Assembly (NCBI GenBank): GCA_977020255.1
Contig: CDROCS010000088.1
Location: forward strand, 124,001-188,000
From: Obrimoposthia wandeli
Taxonomy: Eukaryota
DNA length: 64,000 nucleotides
Reading direction: 5' to 3'
Below the pieces are notes generated by a model. That model was not told the DNA's origin and searched no databases. It was given only the letters and a program-made list of their open reading frames with translations. The position numbers and the translations under genes are program-made. The first letter of the stretch is position 1; every line of letters begins with the position of its first letter. Positions 1 through 13,654 of this stretch are shown here, piece by piece.

Positions 1-608
1 AATATTATCGATTGGGACGTCTTAAAAACATTATGCTCATAAAATTTCAAAAATGTCTTTTGAGAAGTCATAGACAATCACAATCGATCACAATCACAAA
101 TTAAACTTTTGATTAGAATTATTATTAATAGTAAATTATTTCACAACCGTTTGTCTGCATTCATAGTATAATAACTTTGTTAGATTAGGAAAATTGAAAA
201 AATATAAATAAATTATTTATTTATTTATAGTGGAACCTTAAAAACACAAGGCTAAATTAGAATTAAATAAAAAATATATTGGAGAAAATGTTTTAGGTAT
301 ATATTATTGAGTAAATTGAGACCTTGAAGAGGTTGTAATAAATATGTATAAAAGGCATGAACAATGTCAAAATGGGCCGTGGAATAAACTCAAAATGCTA
401 AGTAATCAATCAAAGTACATTCTCGAAAACAAACCCTATAAATAGAAAATTTCGATATTGATATATTCGCTAGATTTCGACGCGAATATAGACATCAACT
501 AGTCATATCCAGCCTGCTGTTTCGCAATAGCCAAAACATACCATCCTCGCACAACACTAAGTAAGCAATATAAAAGTATTGAACCGTTATAATAGTTAGC
601 AGAAAAAC

Positions 609-647
609 ACAGAACAAAGAAACAGAACAAAGAAACAGAACAAAGAA
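609..647. repeat. 13-bp tandem repeat x3 (acagaacaaagaa)
   Basis: Three exact adjacent copies seen directly. Confidence 0.9.
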
Positions 648-949
648 AACAAGATAAATAATCTACCGGAGAATAAGCTAAAGTAATCTACTAGAGAACA
701 AGTTAATATAATCTACGAGAAAACAAGAATTTAATCACACTAATTAGTTGAATTGGTGAGAAAGGTTATGAATTGTCATAAACTGATATTTGAAATGTAA
801 ATGTTTCGAATTTGTAGAAATTGAGTATGTAGTAATAAATGGATATTGTGTAGTTAATGTTGTTAAACTACGACATTGTAAGAGTGTTAAACTACGATAT
901 AGTAGACGAATTCCGAGTAAGTAAGGGACATTGACATAACAGCGAATCC

Positions 950-1506
950 AACTCTTTTAAGTGTCACCTTACCGCGTGAAGTTTCAATATGAAGAGTAGT
1001 TTCAATACTTGTGTTGTTAGAATAAAAACATTCCAAAATAACCCTACAGGTTTCGATTTTGATAACACCCACTCTTGCATAGCCTTCAGACCTACTAACT
1101 TATAGGTCAGCCTAGAACTAACCACGTAACGGTAACTCTTTTAAGTGTCACCTTACCGCGTGAAGTTTCAATATTAAGAGTAGTTTCAATACTTGTGTTG
1201 TTAGAATAAAAACATTCCAAAATAACCCTACAGGTTTCGATTTTGATAACACCCACTCTTGCATAGCCTTCAGACCTACTAACTTATAGGTCAGCCTAGA
1301 ACTAACCACGTAACGGTAACTCTTTTAAGTGTCACCTTACCGCGTGAAGTTTCAATATGAAGAGTAGTTTCAATATTTGTGTTGTTAGAATAAAAACATT
1401 CCAAAATAACCCTACAGGTTTCGATTTTGATAACACCCACTCTTGCATAGCCTTCAGACCTACTAACTTATAGGTCAGCCTAGAACTAACCACGTAACGG
1501 TAACTC
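950..1506. repeat. 184-bp tandem repeat x3, near-identical
   Basis: Units start at 950, 1134 and 1318 (aactcttttaagtgtcacc...accacgtaacggt), with a partial fourth at 1502. Confidence 0.95.
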
Positions 1507-1769
1507 AGACACTGATACATTCAGATGGTCATCATTAGCGTCGCCTGGTTTCGGCTTCGTTAGCTTATTTAGCTTACAAAAGAAATAGAAAATCTTCAGA
1601 TAGTGAGACTAAACTTTAACGAATTAAGAATAGGTAGACCACGTACATATGTAAGCCCTATCGCTACAGAACTCACGTTGAGAGCCTCCATACGAGGATC
1701 TAGTTTGATAGAAACTTCAACAACTCTTCCAATTGGCTTTCAAAAATATTCAAATTCAAATTAAGTTTT

Positions 1770-2458
1770 CTTATATTTAAAATTTTAAACGAATTAAATT
1801 CAAGAACATGCTATTTTTCTTTAAGATTAAAATATACCATACATCATTATGATATTTCATGTACCTTTGATAGAACAGTATACTGTACTTATCTAAAATA
1901 CGTGATATTAGTAAATTAAAATATCGTTTTTTATTTGTTCATTGTTTTAACGTTTACAAAATCAATTAAACGATGGATGACTTTTTATGATTTTAATAAG
2001 GGCAACTATTGGTTATTTTCATAGATACAGAAGTTTATTGCATATATATTTTTACGAAACATTAACAAAAATATTGCAAGACATCTACAATTTTGAATAA
2101 AAATAAATCGTTTCATAAATGGTAACTATCAAGAAAAGACAAAAACCCTCATATATACATTTAGATTTTCATAGTTCGAAATTTAAAAAAATAAAAACTT
2201 AGAAAATACATTAATAATTAAAAATATATAAATAATGATTATAATCTCAAAATTGTATTGCTTGATATTCACGATTTCATTAGCTATTAGCATGAGTAAT
2301 TTTACGGAACATCAGTTAATTTAGATCCACTTTCAAAGAATGCATTGAAATGTACAAATCTGTAATATTATTTTAATAATTTGTAAATGAAATTCTCGTA
2401 TTTCAATCTGTTTTTGCATTCAAATTTGAAGTTACAATTACTTTTCAATCCACTTTTA
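1770..2458. repeat. Left non-coding arm of a long inverted repeat (partner about 7965-8680)
   Basis: For example 1801-1930 and 2240-2455 are diverged reverse complements of 8510-8640 and 7965-8190. Confidence 0.85.
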
Positions 2459-3299
2459 GTGAAGTAGGGAATGTGGCACTTCAGGCACAAAAATGCTAGT
2501 ACCCGCCTTCGTCCGGGGGTATCAGAATTTTGAGCATAACTTCATCACTGGTTAGCACAACAACCGTATACACATTACGTAATTATTAGTTTCCATAGTA
2601 ACTGAATATATGTATTACACCACTACTGGTTTCCATAACAACCACTTGTGCATATTACATCTTCACTTGTAGAATTGATGATAGCTTCGTGTATTGCATC
2701 ATCGCGTATCACCATGTCAACCGCGAGTGTATTTCGTCATAAGCAGTTGCCATGGTCGGCATACGTCAAGGTTACCTAATTTTGGAAGTTGTTTTAATAT
2801 TTAGAATATGCATAAAATGTAAAATTCAAAAATTCAATATTTTTAAAATATTTAGAAATAATTAAGTTTTTTACATTTTAGATTCAATACTTAATTTGCA
2901 AATTTAGTTTACAATCTTTATGTAAGAATTTCGAATTTTTGTTTACATTTACAATTTTAATGTAAGAATTAATACTTTATTTTAGTTTACATTTACAATT
3001 TTAATACTTAATTTTTAGTTTATATTTAAGTGCCTAATTTCAAATTTAGTCTATTAATTATCAACTTGATTATGTTTTTATTCAATTTTTAAACAGTTAG
3101 GAATACTAATAAGAATAATTAAAATATATTAAACTTTAAATTATAATTAACATCACTATTTATTATAAACTATAAATTTAAAAGAACATAGTAATTAATG
3201 CAATTTTACACAGTTGCAAATAAGAATAAAATCAAGATATTATTTAATGTCAAAATATATTACTTACAATCACAAAGGAGACTATGAAAAGAAAAGTAC

Positions 3300-5420
3300 A
3301 AAAAAATAAAGCAATTTCGTCCGGGTATTTAAAGTGATCGAACGCAACTGATCTATTCATTTCAACCCACTTACGCTTATCATCAGCACTACTCCGTGCA
3401 ATTTTACTCAAATGGATTGTAAAAAGCTTATGATTTATTGAGCTTATGGGGTTTTGTTGTAATCGCTCGCTTATCCCAGTATGTTAGTTTGTTGGAGACT
3501 AATACAATTCGCTCTCATCTCTGGTTATCCTTCTGTAGTCTCTAAGTTATATGACTTGGAGTGTAGTTAAACAACCCCGTGCTCTCATCTTGAAATTTAC
3601 CTATCACTGTATTGCGTGTCGTATAAAGCGGATGATTTTCTAAAAATTTCTAGGTATCTAACAGCCCACCAGCAATCATAGCAGGTAACAATGATTCTTG
3701 AACATTTACATTATTACATTCCAAGAAAAAACTATCAGATTCATCCACTATAATTCTAATATCGCAGTTAAATTACACTCGATATTTCTCATACTGCATA
3801 TATTGCAACTCATAAATACTTAAATAACTAAAATCTAAAACTGCCTGACATATGTAACTAGGACGATCCAAATCGATATTTTCCTTATTTAGTAGAACTG
3901 CTATAAGGTATGTATTGATTTCGATTGTCCTACAAAAGTGAGCTTTACTACAATAGGTAACAAGCTTTTGTTAAGTATTACAAATCCAAAGGTTAATTGT
4001 TTTCATTAGATTCTCAATGAGTTTTCCAAATAAAGAATTTACTCTCAAAGAATCTGTGTAATAATTTAGAAAACACATTAGTTTGTTTAAACTGTACTGC
4101 TCTACATACAAAATCTACTTAAGCACCAAGTCTAGCACCAAATGCAAACCAGGTATGTAGAAGAAATTGAGTGGATCCAGTCCGTTGTCTGCGATGGTCT
4201 TGGTTCAGAATGCTGTAAAAACGTCAGCAAGCTAGTAGACGTCCATCTTCATATAGTCCCAGAGCAATGAGCAGTCGCTCTGAGTCCACACCTTCTTTGC
4301 CATATTGTACTCGGTCGGCTTGATCTACTATTTACATTTTGGTGGCGAACTCATAAAAGCGCAGATGGCAGTCTCTGACACAGCCATATTGTAGGATCAA
4401 ATTGTGAAAAATAACAGGAAAGGATCGGTTCAGTCTCCTTGATAAGTTGCATTTTAAATGTGCTGTTCCGAGCTACTCGCCCGTCATGTGATCGTGGTCT
4501 TGAACTTTTTATGTTACCCTCTTACGTATCTAACATATTGTTGCAACATTGAAACTCGATACCTGTATCAATGTAATTTGGTGCATCACCTCGATTGCAT
4601 GATTTTTATACCATGGGAGAACAACGTGTTTCGCCAAATCCTCCAGGTTTCGTAAAAAGGAATTAACACAAGATTCTTCGGTGAAAACCGAGTAATCGTG
4701 TGTGTATCCTTTCGTGCCTGCAACGAGAGAAATGACCACACCGGTCGCGATTGGGAGCTGAATCTGTTGGTGAATCCCATGTGGCGGCATCACAGCCTCA
4801 AAGTCCACGTAAACAGTAAAAGGAGAAATGGTCTCGGAAAAGTCTGAAAACTCAATTTGCTTATCTGTAGACATTTAATAAACTTATGGCACCAAGTACA
4901 GTGAATGTAATTGGATACAACTTAATTTATATAATTCAGAAACCTACTGAGCTTAGGAATGGCCACATAATGAAAATTGTCATCAATTTTTAAAAGAAAT
5001 AGGTTGATCGGTATAGCGTTTGGGTTTGTGGTCCTATAAATAACATTCACATAGGGGATTTTTGAAAAATCTATATATCTGTTTACACCTTCACGATCAT
5101 ATTGAAAGTAAAGACGTTGATTGAGATAGAAGAGTTCTTTCTCTCAAAATGCGGTATATTACATAGATGTATCGACATTTCATCTTCCGCACAAGCTAAT
5201 TCACTCAATATGCCATCATATTGATTAACCCGCTGAGGAATAATGCAAAATACTTCGCGAAAAAGTACAGCTAATATGCTGTATAGAAAGCAAAAGTTAT
5301 TAGCGTTCTGCACATTTATTACACAATGCGAGAGTGCTAACAATGGTGGAATAGGAATGTTACAACGAACGAAACCTCCAGGAACCTACTAAATTTGCAA
5401 TTATTCTCACACTGCTAGTA
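3300..5420 (-). pseudogene. Degenerate Polinton/Maverick-type protein-primed DNA polymerase B (near full length)
   Basis: Minus-strand motifs in order: VINVQNANNFCFLYSILA...FERKNSSISINVF; PFTVYVDFE (exonuclease); DHDHMTG..GTAH.KCN (endonuclease VII-like); LADVF; NSLFGK; RPSYICQAVLD; C-terminal SSADDKRKWVEMNRSVAFDH. Many stops, frameshifts and an internal deletion near 4398. Confidence 0.85.
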
Positions 5421-5829
5421 ATTCTTGATGTTTAATTAAATCAACTCCTGCTTCTAGAACATCTTAATCGAAGGGGAGTCCTTTATTTGAAAATTGTCAG
5501 GCACGTGTATCAGCTTCGTTCATCAATTCGACACGCACTCCGAATTGCACCTTACAAGTAATAAACTTTCTAATAAAACCCCGTTATTGGATGAAAATAA
5601 TATCTGAAACCACTAAATCAGGCATATTATCATTAGAAACTTGTAATGATTATGTTTCCATACTGTTTTGTTATCCCACCCTACACCTAACGCGATCAAC
5701 TCGAGAAAGTTTTTCGCAGTAGAGCTATCTGAAGTGAGCAAAACACTTTGCTCGCGGGTAGATGCTGGTAATGGTGCAATAGTGGGATCATATTAACATA
5801 TTCAGTAGAAGCTGAGATAGGACTGGAAC

Positions 5830-6760
5830 TTTTTTTGTTTATACTGTTCTGGGGGTCTAACCCTGAGCGTATTTTAGCATCTAATATTAATTTTTAGCAT
5901 TATTTTTTGGTTTATACTTTATTAGGTTCTGTTCCTTTATTTATTTTGTATTATGATGTTTTTTTCTGTTTTTTTTATAGAAGATCTTTTTTTTCATACC
6001 AACACTCTGTTAAAATTTTCTTGGTAATAGGTTTTCATTTATTTCAGCGTTCTACACAGTGGCATTTTTTTGGGGTATTGGCTTTTTTAATTAAGTTACC
6101 GGTTTTTGGTTTTCACCTGTGGTTACCAAAGGCTCATGTTGAAGCTCCTGTATTTGGTTCTATGATTTTAGCAAGTATACTTTTAAAGTTAGGTGTTTTT
6201 GATCTTATTCGTTTTTCTCAATTTTTTTTAGTTTTAGATATTTAGGTGGAAATATTCTAGTTCAAAAATTTTTTTTTACTTGGTGTTGTACTTAATTTGG
6301 TTTGTAGTCGCCAATATGATTTAAAGTCTTTTGTTGCTTATTCTTCAGTAGTACATATGGGTCTTATTTCTATTTTTTATTTGATTTGGTGGTTACTTGT
6401 CTCTTTTTGGTTCATGTTTAATTAATTTTTCTCATGCTTTTTGTTTTTTTTCTTTATTCTTAGGTGTTAAATGTTTTAATGAAATTTCAGGAACTCGTAA
6501 TATTTGATTAAACCGTGGGTTTTATTGGGTTATACCTTTATTGTTTTTTTTTGGTTTTTGCTTGTGTTGGTAATTGTTCAGCTCCTATTAGGTTGAATCT
6601 TATTTCTGAAATTCTTTGATGGGGATTTCTGTAAATAATATTCCATTTTCTTGAGTTTTTTTGTATTGTTTGGTTTCTTTTGGAAAGAAGGTTTAAAAAT
6701 CTAAAATTTGAGTTAGTAGCTTAGGTATTTATTATTTTAGTTTAAAATTATTGCTCCATT
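5830..6760 (+). pseudogene. nad4: NUMT: degraded mitochondrial NADH dehydrogenase subunit 4 fragment
   Basis: ND4 motifs [46 protein letters not shown] and QYDLKSFVAYSSVVHMG. Extreme T-rich strand bias, stops and frameshifts, embedded among nuclear repeats. Confidence 0.9.
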
Positions 6761-6944
6761 CTGTTGTTTTGTTGTATTTTTCCTTCAGTCATTGAGCTTG
6801 AGCTTACTGGAATATCCGTTGGATTATCAATTGGAATATGTATAATATCTCATTACTTGTGCTTTTACTGTTGAACACAAATAGATTTTATTAATAGAAG
6901 TTTATTTCCAACTACAAATATCCATCCAGTAATACTTGTGTCAA

Positions 6945-7870
6945 TCATTTCCAAGACCATTTCTCCTTTTACTGTTTACGTGGACTTTGAGGCTGTGCTA
7001 CCGCCACATGAGATTCACCAACAGATTCAGCTCCCAATCGCGGCTGGTGTGATCATTTCTCTCGTTGCAGGCACGAAAGGATACACACACGATTACTCGG
7101 TTTTCACCGAAGAATCTTGTGTTAATTCCTTTTTACGAAACCTGGAGGATTTGGCGAAACACGTTGTTCTCCCAAGGTATAAAAATCATGCAATCGAGAT
7201 GATGCACCAAATTACATTGATACAGGTATCGAGTTTCAATGTTGCAACAATATGTTAGATACGTAAGAGGGTAACATAAAAAGTTCAAGACCACGATCAC
7301 ATGACAGGCGAGTAGCTCGGAACAGCACATTTAAAATGCAACTTATCAAGGAGACTGAACCGATCTTTTCCTGTTATTTTTCACAATTTGATGGAACACG
7401 ATATGCACTACACTTAAGCATGCGCTGAGTCAATTTTCGCACTGGAGTATCTCTTTCATTTCTCAATCGACAGAGAAATTTCTAGCTATGCTCATGCATA
7501 TTGAAGGAGTTTGTATTTGGTTTATCGACTCTTTACAGTTTTTGAACAGCGGAATCAAGAAACTAGTCAAGAATCTGGGTGTCACTCTTCTGACACATTC
7601 CGTCTTTCCACAACATCTGGTAAGCAACAATGGCATCTGTTCCTACGATATGGCTGTCAGAGACTGCTATCCGCGCTATTACGAGTTCGCCACCAAAGTT
7701 GAAATGGAAGACCAAGTTGACCGAGTACGAGATGGAAAAGAAGGTGTGGACTCAGAGCGACTGCTCATGGATGAACGTCTACCAGCTTGCTGACGTTTTT
7801 ACAGCATACTGAACCAAGGCCATTGCAGACAACGGACTGGAGCCACTGAATTTCTTCTCCATACCTGGTT
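6945..7870 (+). pseudogene. Second Polinton-type pPolB fragment, inverted relative to the 3300-5420 copy
   Basis: PFTVYVDFEAV, DHDHMTG..GTAHLKCNL..FPVIFHNL, WFIDSLQFLNSGIKKLVKNL and LADVF. Reverse complement of about 4147-4840 plus about 250 bp (7393-7640) absent from the left copy. Confidence 0.85.
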
Positions 7871-7964
7871 TTTTTTTTTTATATATTTCACTAAGTAAAT
7901 TTAATAACTTTTAGTAATGTATTTATAAGTAAATTTTCGTTAATTAATTTTTGTAAAGGTTTTA

Positions 7965-8680
7965 TGCTAAAGTGGAGTGAAAAGTAATTGTAACTTAAAA
8001 TTTGACTACATAAAAAAACAAATTAAAATAAGAGAATTTCATTTAGGAATTATTAATATAATATTACAGAATTGTACATTTGAATAAACTCTTTGAAAGT
8101 TGATCAAAATTAACTGATGTTCCGTAAAATTTCTCATGCTAATAGCTAATGAAATCGTGAATATCAAGTAATACAATTTTGAGATTATAATCCTTATTTG
8201 TATATTTTTAATTATTTAAATTGTATTGTATAAGTTTTTATTTTTTCAAAATTTCAAACTATGAAAATATAAATGTATATGAGGTTTTTTGTCTTTTCTT
8301 GATAGTTACCATATATGAAACGATTTCTTTTTTATTCAAAATTGTAGATGTTCTGCAATTTATTTGTTACTGTTTCGTAAAAATATGTACGTAATAAAGT
8401 TCTGTATCTATGAAAATAACCAATGGTTGCCCTAATTAAAATCAAAAAAAGTCATCCATTGTTTAATTGATTTTGTAAATATTTAAATGTACAAATAATA
8501 AAATATGGCAAAACGATATTTTAATTAACTGATATCACGTATTTTAGATAAGTACCATAAACTGTTCTATCAAAAGTACATGAAATATCATAAATTATGT
8601 ATGGTATATTTTATTCGATAAGAAAATTAGCATGTTCTTTGTATTTAATTCCTTCAAAATATATATTTTAAATATAAGGA
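7965..8680. repeat. Right non-coding arm of the long inverted repeat (partner about 1770-2458)
   Basis: Diverged reverse complement of 1770-2458. Confidence 0.85.
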
Positions 8681-9204
8681 TATACCAGCATTTTTGTGCC
8701 AGAAGAACCTCACTCCTGACTCCATAACCATGGTATCTAATAAATTTTAATCTTAGTAGTTAGATAGATAAATGCTTTTTTATTTTTACATAAATCTGCA
8801 GTTTCATAAGTTCATCGTCTGAAATTGCAGATAAAATACATTATCTTTCGTACATGAGTAAAATATTGAAACTTACCAGTGAAACCGGAAGGAAAGTTCG
8901 ATTACAGAACTCGCATGGAGACAGCAGAGTTAAATCTGGCGCTGCATAACAAAATATATTTTCACATTAACTTAATAATGGGATATAGATATTTTAATAT
9001 ATACAAATGTCGGTTAAAAATAAAAAACTAATATCTATATGAAATAAAAGTCATCAACATAACTTCGAAATTTATATTTAGTTATAGTACTTTTAATAAA
9101 AGTACACATTTGTACTAATATTTTAGTAAGTGTTTCGTAGGCACTTTAATATTAAAGCAATGATAGACTAGTAATATAATATGCCATCTTTTCCAGACGG
9201 GATT

Positions 9205-9674
9205 CAGCCGGGATTCAACAAAAACAATATTTCACTGAGTAATAATCTTCCGACGAAAGTGAAATTTGGCAAGCACGTTGTGATCGATGTCTGGCCACCA
9301 TTTTCAAAGTTTCGTTCACAAATATTAAAAACTTCCGGAAATATTCTCTCGCAAAACCGGTTTGACCAGCATTTATACATATCTGCAACTAAATATCAAA
9401 ATTTCGATTTGCGGCTCCGCAACCACCGAATACAAACTACTGAAATTTGGCAAGAAAGTTGTGATTGATGTCTGGCCACCATTTCCAAAGTTTTGGAAAT
9501 ATATAAATGCTGATCTAACCGGCTTTGCGGGAAAATATCTCCGGAAGTTTATAATATTTGTGGACGAAACTTTGGAAATAATGGCCCGACATCGATCACA
9601 GCTCGCTTGCCAAATTTCAGTTCCATCGAAAGTTTATTACTCAGTGGAATATTGTTTTTGTTGAATCCCGGCTG
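9205..9674. mobile_element. MITE with long (about 75 bp) terminal inverted repeats
   Basis: cagccgggattcaacaaaaacaatat... at 9205 and its reverse complement ending at 9674. Internal subrepeats gaaatttggcaag...gatgtctggccaccattt. CAG...CTG ends suggest Tc1/mariner type, but the TA TSD is not intact. Confidence 0.8.
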
Positions 9675-11149
9675 TTAAATATGACGTAATATAATTAACT
9701 TCTAGCGCTTTTTTTCAATTATAGTCACTATAACATGGTAAAATAAAAAATAAATAAGGATTATTTTAGAAATAATTTAAATAATTACAAAGCGTTTTAA
9801 TAAATTGTATACAATCTATATATAAACTGTTTAAATACTACAATAATAACCAGGTCCATCAAATCCTGCTAATTGACTTTCATTCTCATAGTAATTTTGA
9901 CTGGAAGCCGAGTGGTCATAAAAATTATCATTGGTTTGACTAACACAACGAAGCCCATCTAGATCCATGTTCCATCAAAGCGAATATATAAAATCGTATT
10001 ATGAATTATGTATTATTGATTCAATTAAACAAGACTATTTTATCAATAATTTTATTTTTTGACATATTTGTTAATTTATTTAATCTTATTTTTTATAATG
10101 TTAATTTTTTAAATTTTACCGATTTGTAGAACATTAGCTAAAAATGAAATGTTAATTAGTATCATATTATATTATAGTAGGTTATACTGATTTATAACAA
10201 TACTGAACAATAAAATAAAATAATTCTTTCATAGCACTTATTTTAATGATTCGGATTTGAGAGTTTTCTATCCAAAATCTGGAGCAGATCACATTAATAA
10301 ATGTTTTAGAATAATTTATTACTAAATATTATATCTTATCCGTGCGTAGGAACGATTTTTCTTTAGAGTGCTTTAAAAAATTTAAAACACGAGAAAACAT
10401 TATTATTATAAAGTTTATGCATAATCATATATCAAAGAAATAATTTATTGCATAGATATATTAGTTATTAAAACTATTGTCTCATAATTGAAAATACCTG
10501 AGAAATATCTAATTTTCTATGAGATTATGATGACTTTCAACGATTAAAAAACTAAAATGATTTTTTAAGAAAATATTTTTATTTAATTACATTTTTTCTG
10601 TAATCACATTTCATGATTAATGTTTTCTATTATTTATTTAATAAAGGAAAAAATGATATTTCATATTTTACGACATTAAACTATCAATTACTTTTTATGT
10701 AATGGAATATTACAATAATAATTTACAACATATTAAACTAAATATATGCAAAAATATTATGTTTACAAGTAATTTTTTGAATGTCTAGTAAACAAAATTA
10801 AATAACTCAAAAGAACTTTTATTATTTGAAATAATAAACTTAATAGTAACTTCAGTTTGAAATTTATATTATAGCAGCTACTGGGGTACAGCTACTAACT
10901 TTATAATTAAAATATTTTTTTTATAGTTTAAAGATAAAATCACTTGATAAAAAACCATAATAATCAGGTAAAGAAAAGTTGTTTAACATATCAGATGAAT
11001 ATTCATATTATATTAATAATTAATATTTTGTGAGGAATATTATTATCCTCCTTAACGTCATCAGTTACACTTTCAGTCATACTCTCTAACTTTGTTCATT
11101 TACATATACATTCGATATTACAAACTTTTTTAAAACTTACTCCAGTTAT

Positions 11150-11400
11150 CACTTTGCATCATTTTCAACCATAAGCACTAACTCATTTATTTACATTGTG
11201 CTATACATTTACATTCAATCATACCTTTCTAATGACTTACTTGTCTATATTTTTACTTACATTTAGTATTATTTTCATTCATACCATCAAACATAGTTTT
11301 GTTTCCATTAATCTCGCTGTGACTTAGTTGTTATAACTTTTAACATAACTCAGTATCACTGCTTCTTACAGTTGCTTACTGCAAAATGTAAAATCAATGT
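11150..11400. repeat. Diverged direct repeat, copy 1 (copy 2 about 13000-13260)
   Basis: actttgcatcatttt...catacctttctaatgacttacttgtcta...acagttgcttact is shared with 13000-13260. Confidence 0.7.
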
Positions 11401-11619
11401 TTTATTTTTATCGTTACAATAACAGACTCGAGTAATTTTTGTGAAAGTCACGTTAGACAGCTATGTACTAAACGGGACATTCGTTGAAAACGTCAGAGGT
11501 CTGACTTTGTTTACCCCCATAGGATTGTTGGGAAATTAATTAAAATAAATAATTAATTTTTAAGTCAATTTAAATTGACATTTAATATTTATCAAAAATG
11601 CCAACAATTTGGAAGGTTT

Positions 11620-12190
11620 TCAAGTTCAGCCTCCGACGGGGTGGTCCCGTTTCGCCTTGCCAGGCTCATCAGGAAGGCGGCTAGTTTATTGATAAAGATA
11701 AGAAAGTGGTTTTTACCACCAAAGTTTTCAGCCCAGTTCTCTCTCCCTGCCAACTGCTTCTCGCTACTACTCTCCTAATCTCCAGTCAGCAACATAGGCA
11801 ACGGCACTGACCGACTACCGATTTCGGCCACACTACAGTGAAATCATTGTCGTCGTCCAGCTAGTACGGCGAGGTTTCATCCTCTCCTGCCTCTCCATGT
11901 GGCGATTGCGGAAAGCAGAATAACAACCAGCTACCCGATGTCGGCCTGTTCAAGCAGTCCTAGATAAAGAGATTCCCCATCATCCTCGCTCCTCTTTCCA
12001 TCATCCTGCCTTGACGTTGCAGCTTTGTTAGAGTTGCAGATTGGGGTGACAATTTTTTCCCCTCTGCCATCACTGATATTCCGGCAGCTGCACTGGACTG
12101 CTACATTTCTCCCTCTCTCACTTCACCGCTGCCAACGAATCCCAAATTTTCGGAACAGTTCTCGCATCCCATTCATGCAATGCAATATCG
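11620..12190 (-). mobile_element. Possible RTE/L2-like non-LTR retrotransposon endonuclease remnant
   Basis: Local GC-rich island. Minus-strand fragments EWDARTV, DGRGE, RQDDGKRRG and LVVKTTF loosely match the APE endonuclease motif order. Heavily degraded. Confidence 0.35.
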
Positions 12191-12411
12191 CCTCTGTGTG
12201 TGACTATCTTTCTCGTGCAAACTTGTGTTTGTGTGTGCAGTTTTCCCCTATCCTACTGCACATTTACATATTGATTTTTAGTCAATATCTTTTCCATTAA
12301 ATAACTGCAGTGTTTGCCGTTTACACTGACACAAAAAATTCATCTGGAAAAATTATTAATATTTATTTAGAAACAAAAAATTAACAACAATTTCCAGTTA
12401 AAAATATTGAA

Positions 12412-12675
12412 ATCAAATTTTATCGAAAAATCAGAAGTTGCAAATTGAGTTATTATCCAAATTGAGTTACTGTCCCAGTTAAATTATTGTCCAAATTGGG
12501 ATCAAATTTTATCGAAAATCAGAAGTTGCAAATTGAGTTATTATCCAAATTGAGTTACTGTCCCAGTTAAATTATTGTCCAAATTGGGATCAAATTTTAT
12601 CGAAAATCAGAAGTTGCAAATTGAGTTATTATCCAAATTGAGTTACTGTCCCAGTTGAATTATTGTCCAAATTGA
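12412..12675. repeat. 88-89 bp tandem repeat x3
   Basis: Units at 12412, 12501 and 12589 (atcaaattttatcgaaaatcagaagttgc...ccaaattggg). Confidence 0.9.
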
Positions 12676-13654
12676 TTTATCGCCACAGACGGGATCAAAT
12701 TGTGGTTTACTGCCCATTCGGAGATTTCATAAATACATCTCTATTGGAATCGAATTTTGTGCTTTCCCCTATATTGTATCAACATAACACTTGTATTAAT
12801 TCATACAATCGATAATTTATTTTTTGTGTTCTTACAAGACATTTTAATTATTTTAGAAAGTCGAATAATAAATAGAAATACTAAGTTGATAATCGAATAT
12901 GTACATAATTTGATTTATTTACATATAAAAAAATATAATTAAAGATTTGGTATTCTAATTTATAAACAATACTTTCAGTAACTTTAAATAACAGTCTTGC
13001 TATAACTTAGCATCATTTTAAACTATATTCTCTAATTAATTTATTTACATTATGATTTACATTCATTCGTACCTTTCTAACGACTTACTTGTCTACAGTT
13101 TTACTTACACTAAGTATTATTTTATTACTTCCATCAACTTACAGTTGCTTACTGTTAACCTTGTTGTAACTTTGTCGTTCTAAGTCTTAATATAATTTAG
13201 TATTACTGCTTCTTCCAGTCAATCTCACAGTTGCTTACTTGTTATTAATATAACTATCACTTAATATAACTTTTATTCATACGAAAACTATATTTTAATT
13301 TACTTATAGTCTAAATTACACTTTAATTCAATCATAGTCTCGACACTCTTATTTTCAATTACTTACACTGTCACTCATTCACAGTTTTACATTCACTTGC
13401 TGAAACTCTTACTCGTATTTGTATTCCCTTGCATGCATACTTGTATTCATTTACATTCAATCTAACTCTCATTTATTCAAACTATAACTCAAATTCATTG
13501 ATATTTTTACTAATATTCATTCATGTACTTGAATACATTTGTTTTTGCATTCGTATTCATTCATAATTGTATTCGTATTCTTTCTTACTTGTACTTGTAA
13601 CTGCATTCATTGTTAATTGTAATTGCCTTTATTTACATTTACATTTTATTAATT

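Larger units (their letters stand above)
152..1722 (+). mobile_element. LTR-like sequence (probable solo LTR) related to the Gypsy 5' LTR at 30974-32742
   Basis: 1590-1722 (cttcagat...agaactcacgttgagagcctccatacgaggatct...tagaaacttcaaca) is homologous to the LTR 3' end at 30974-31140 (rc), 42110-42259 and 45010-45159, and ends in CA. 317-355 (gaccttgaagagg...tataaaagg) resembles the U3 motif plus TATA of that LTR. The start at TG 152 is tentative and no TSD was found. Confidence 0.55.

Noticed and set aside
2478-2500. Short match ggcacaaaaatgct with 8685-8710 (inverted, out of register with the arms)
   Set aside because: Too short to interpret. It may mark an element end but cannot be established here.
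5830-6760. Genuine mitochondrial genome or contamination
   Set aside because: Only a frameshifted nad4 fragment with no neighbouring mitochondrial genes, flanked by nuclear repeats.
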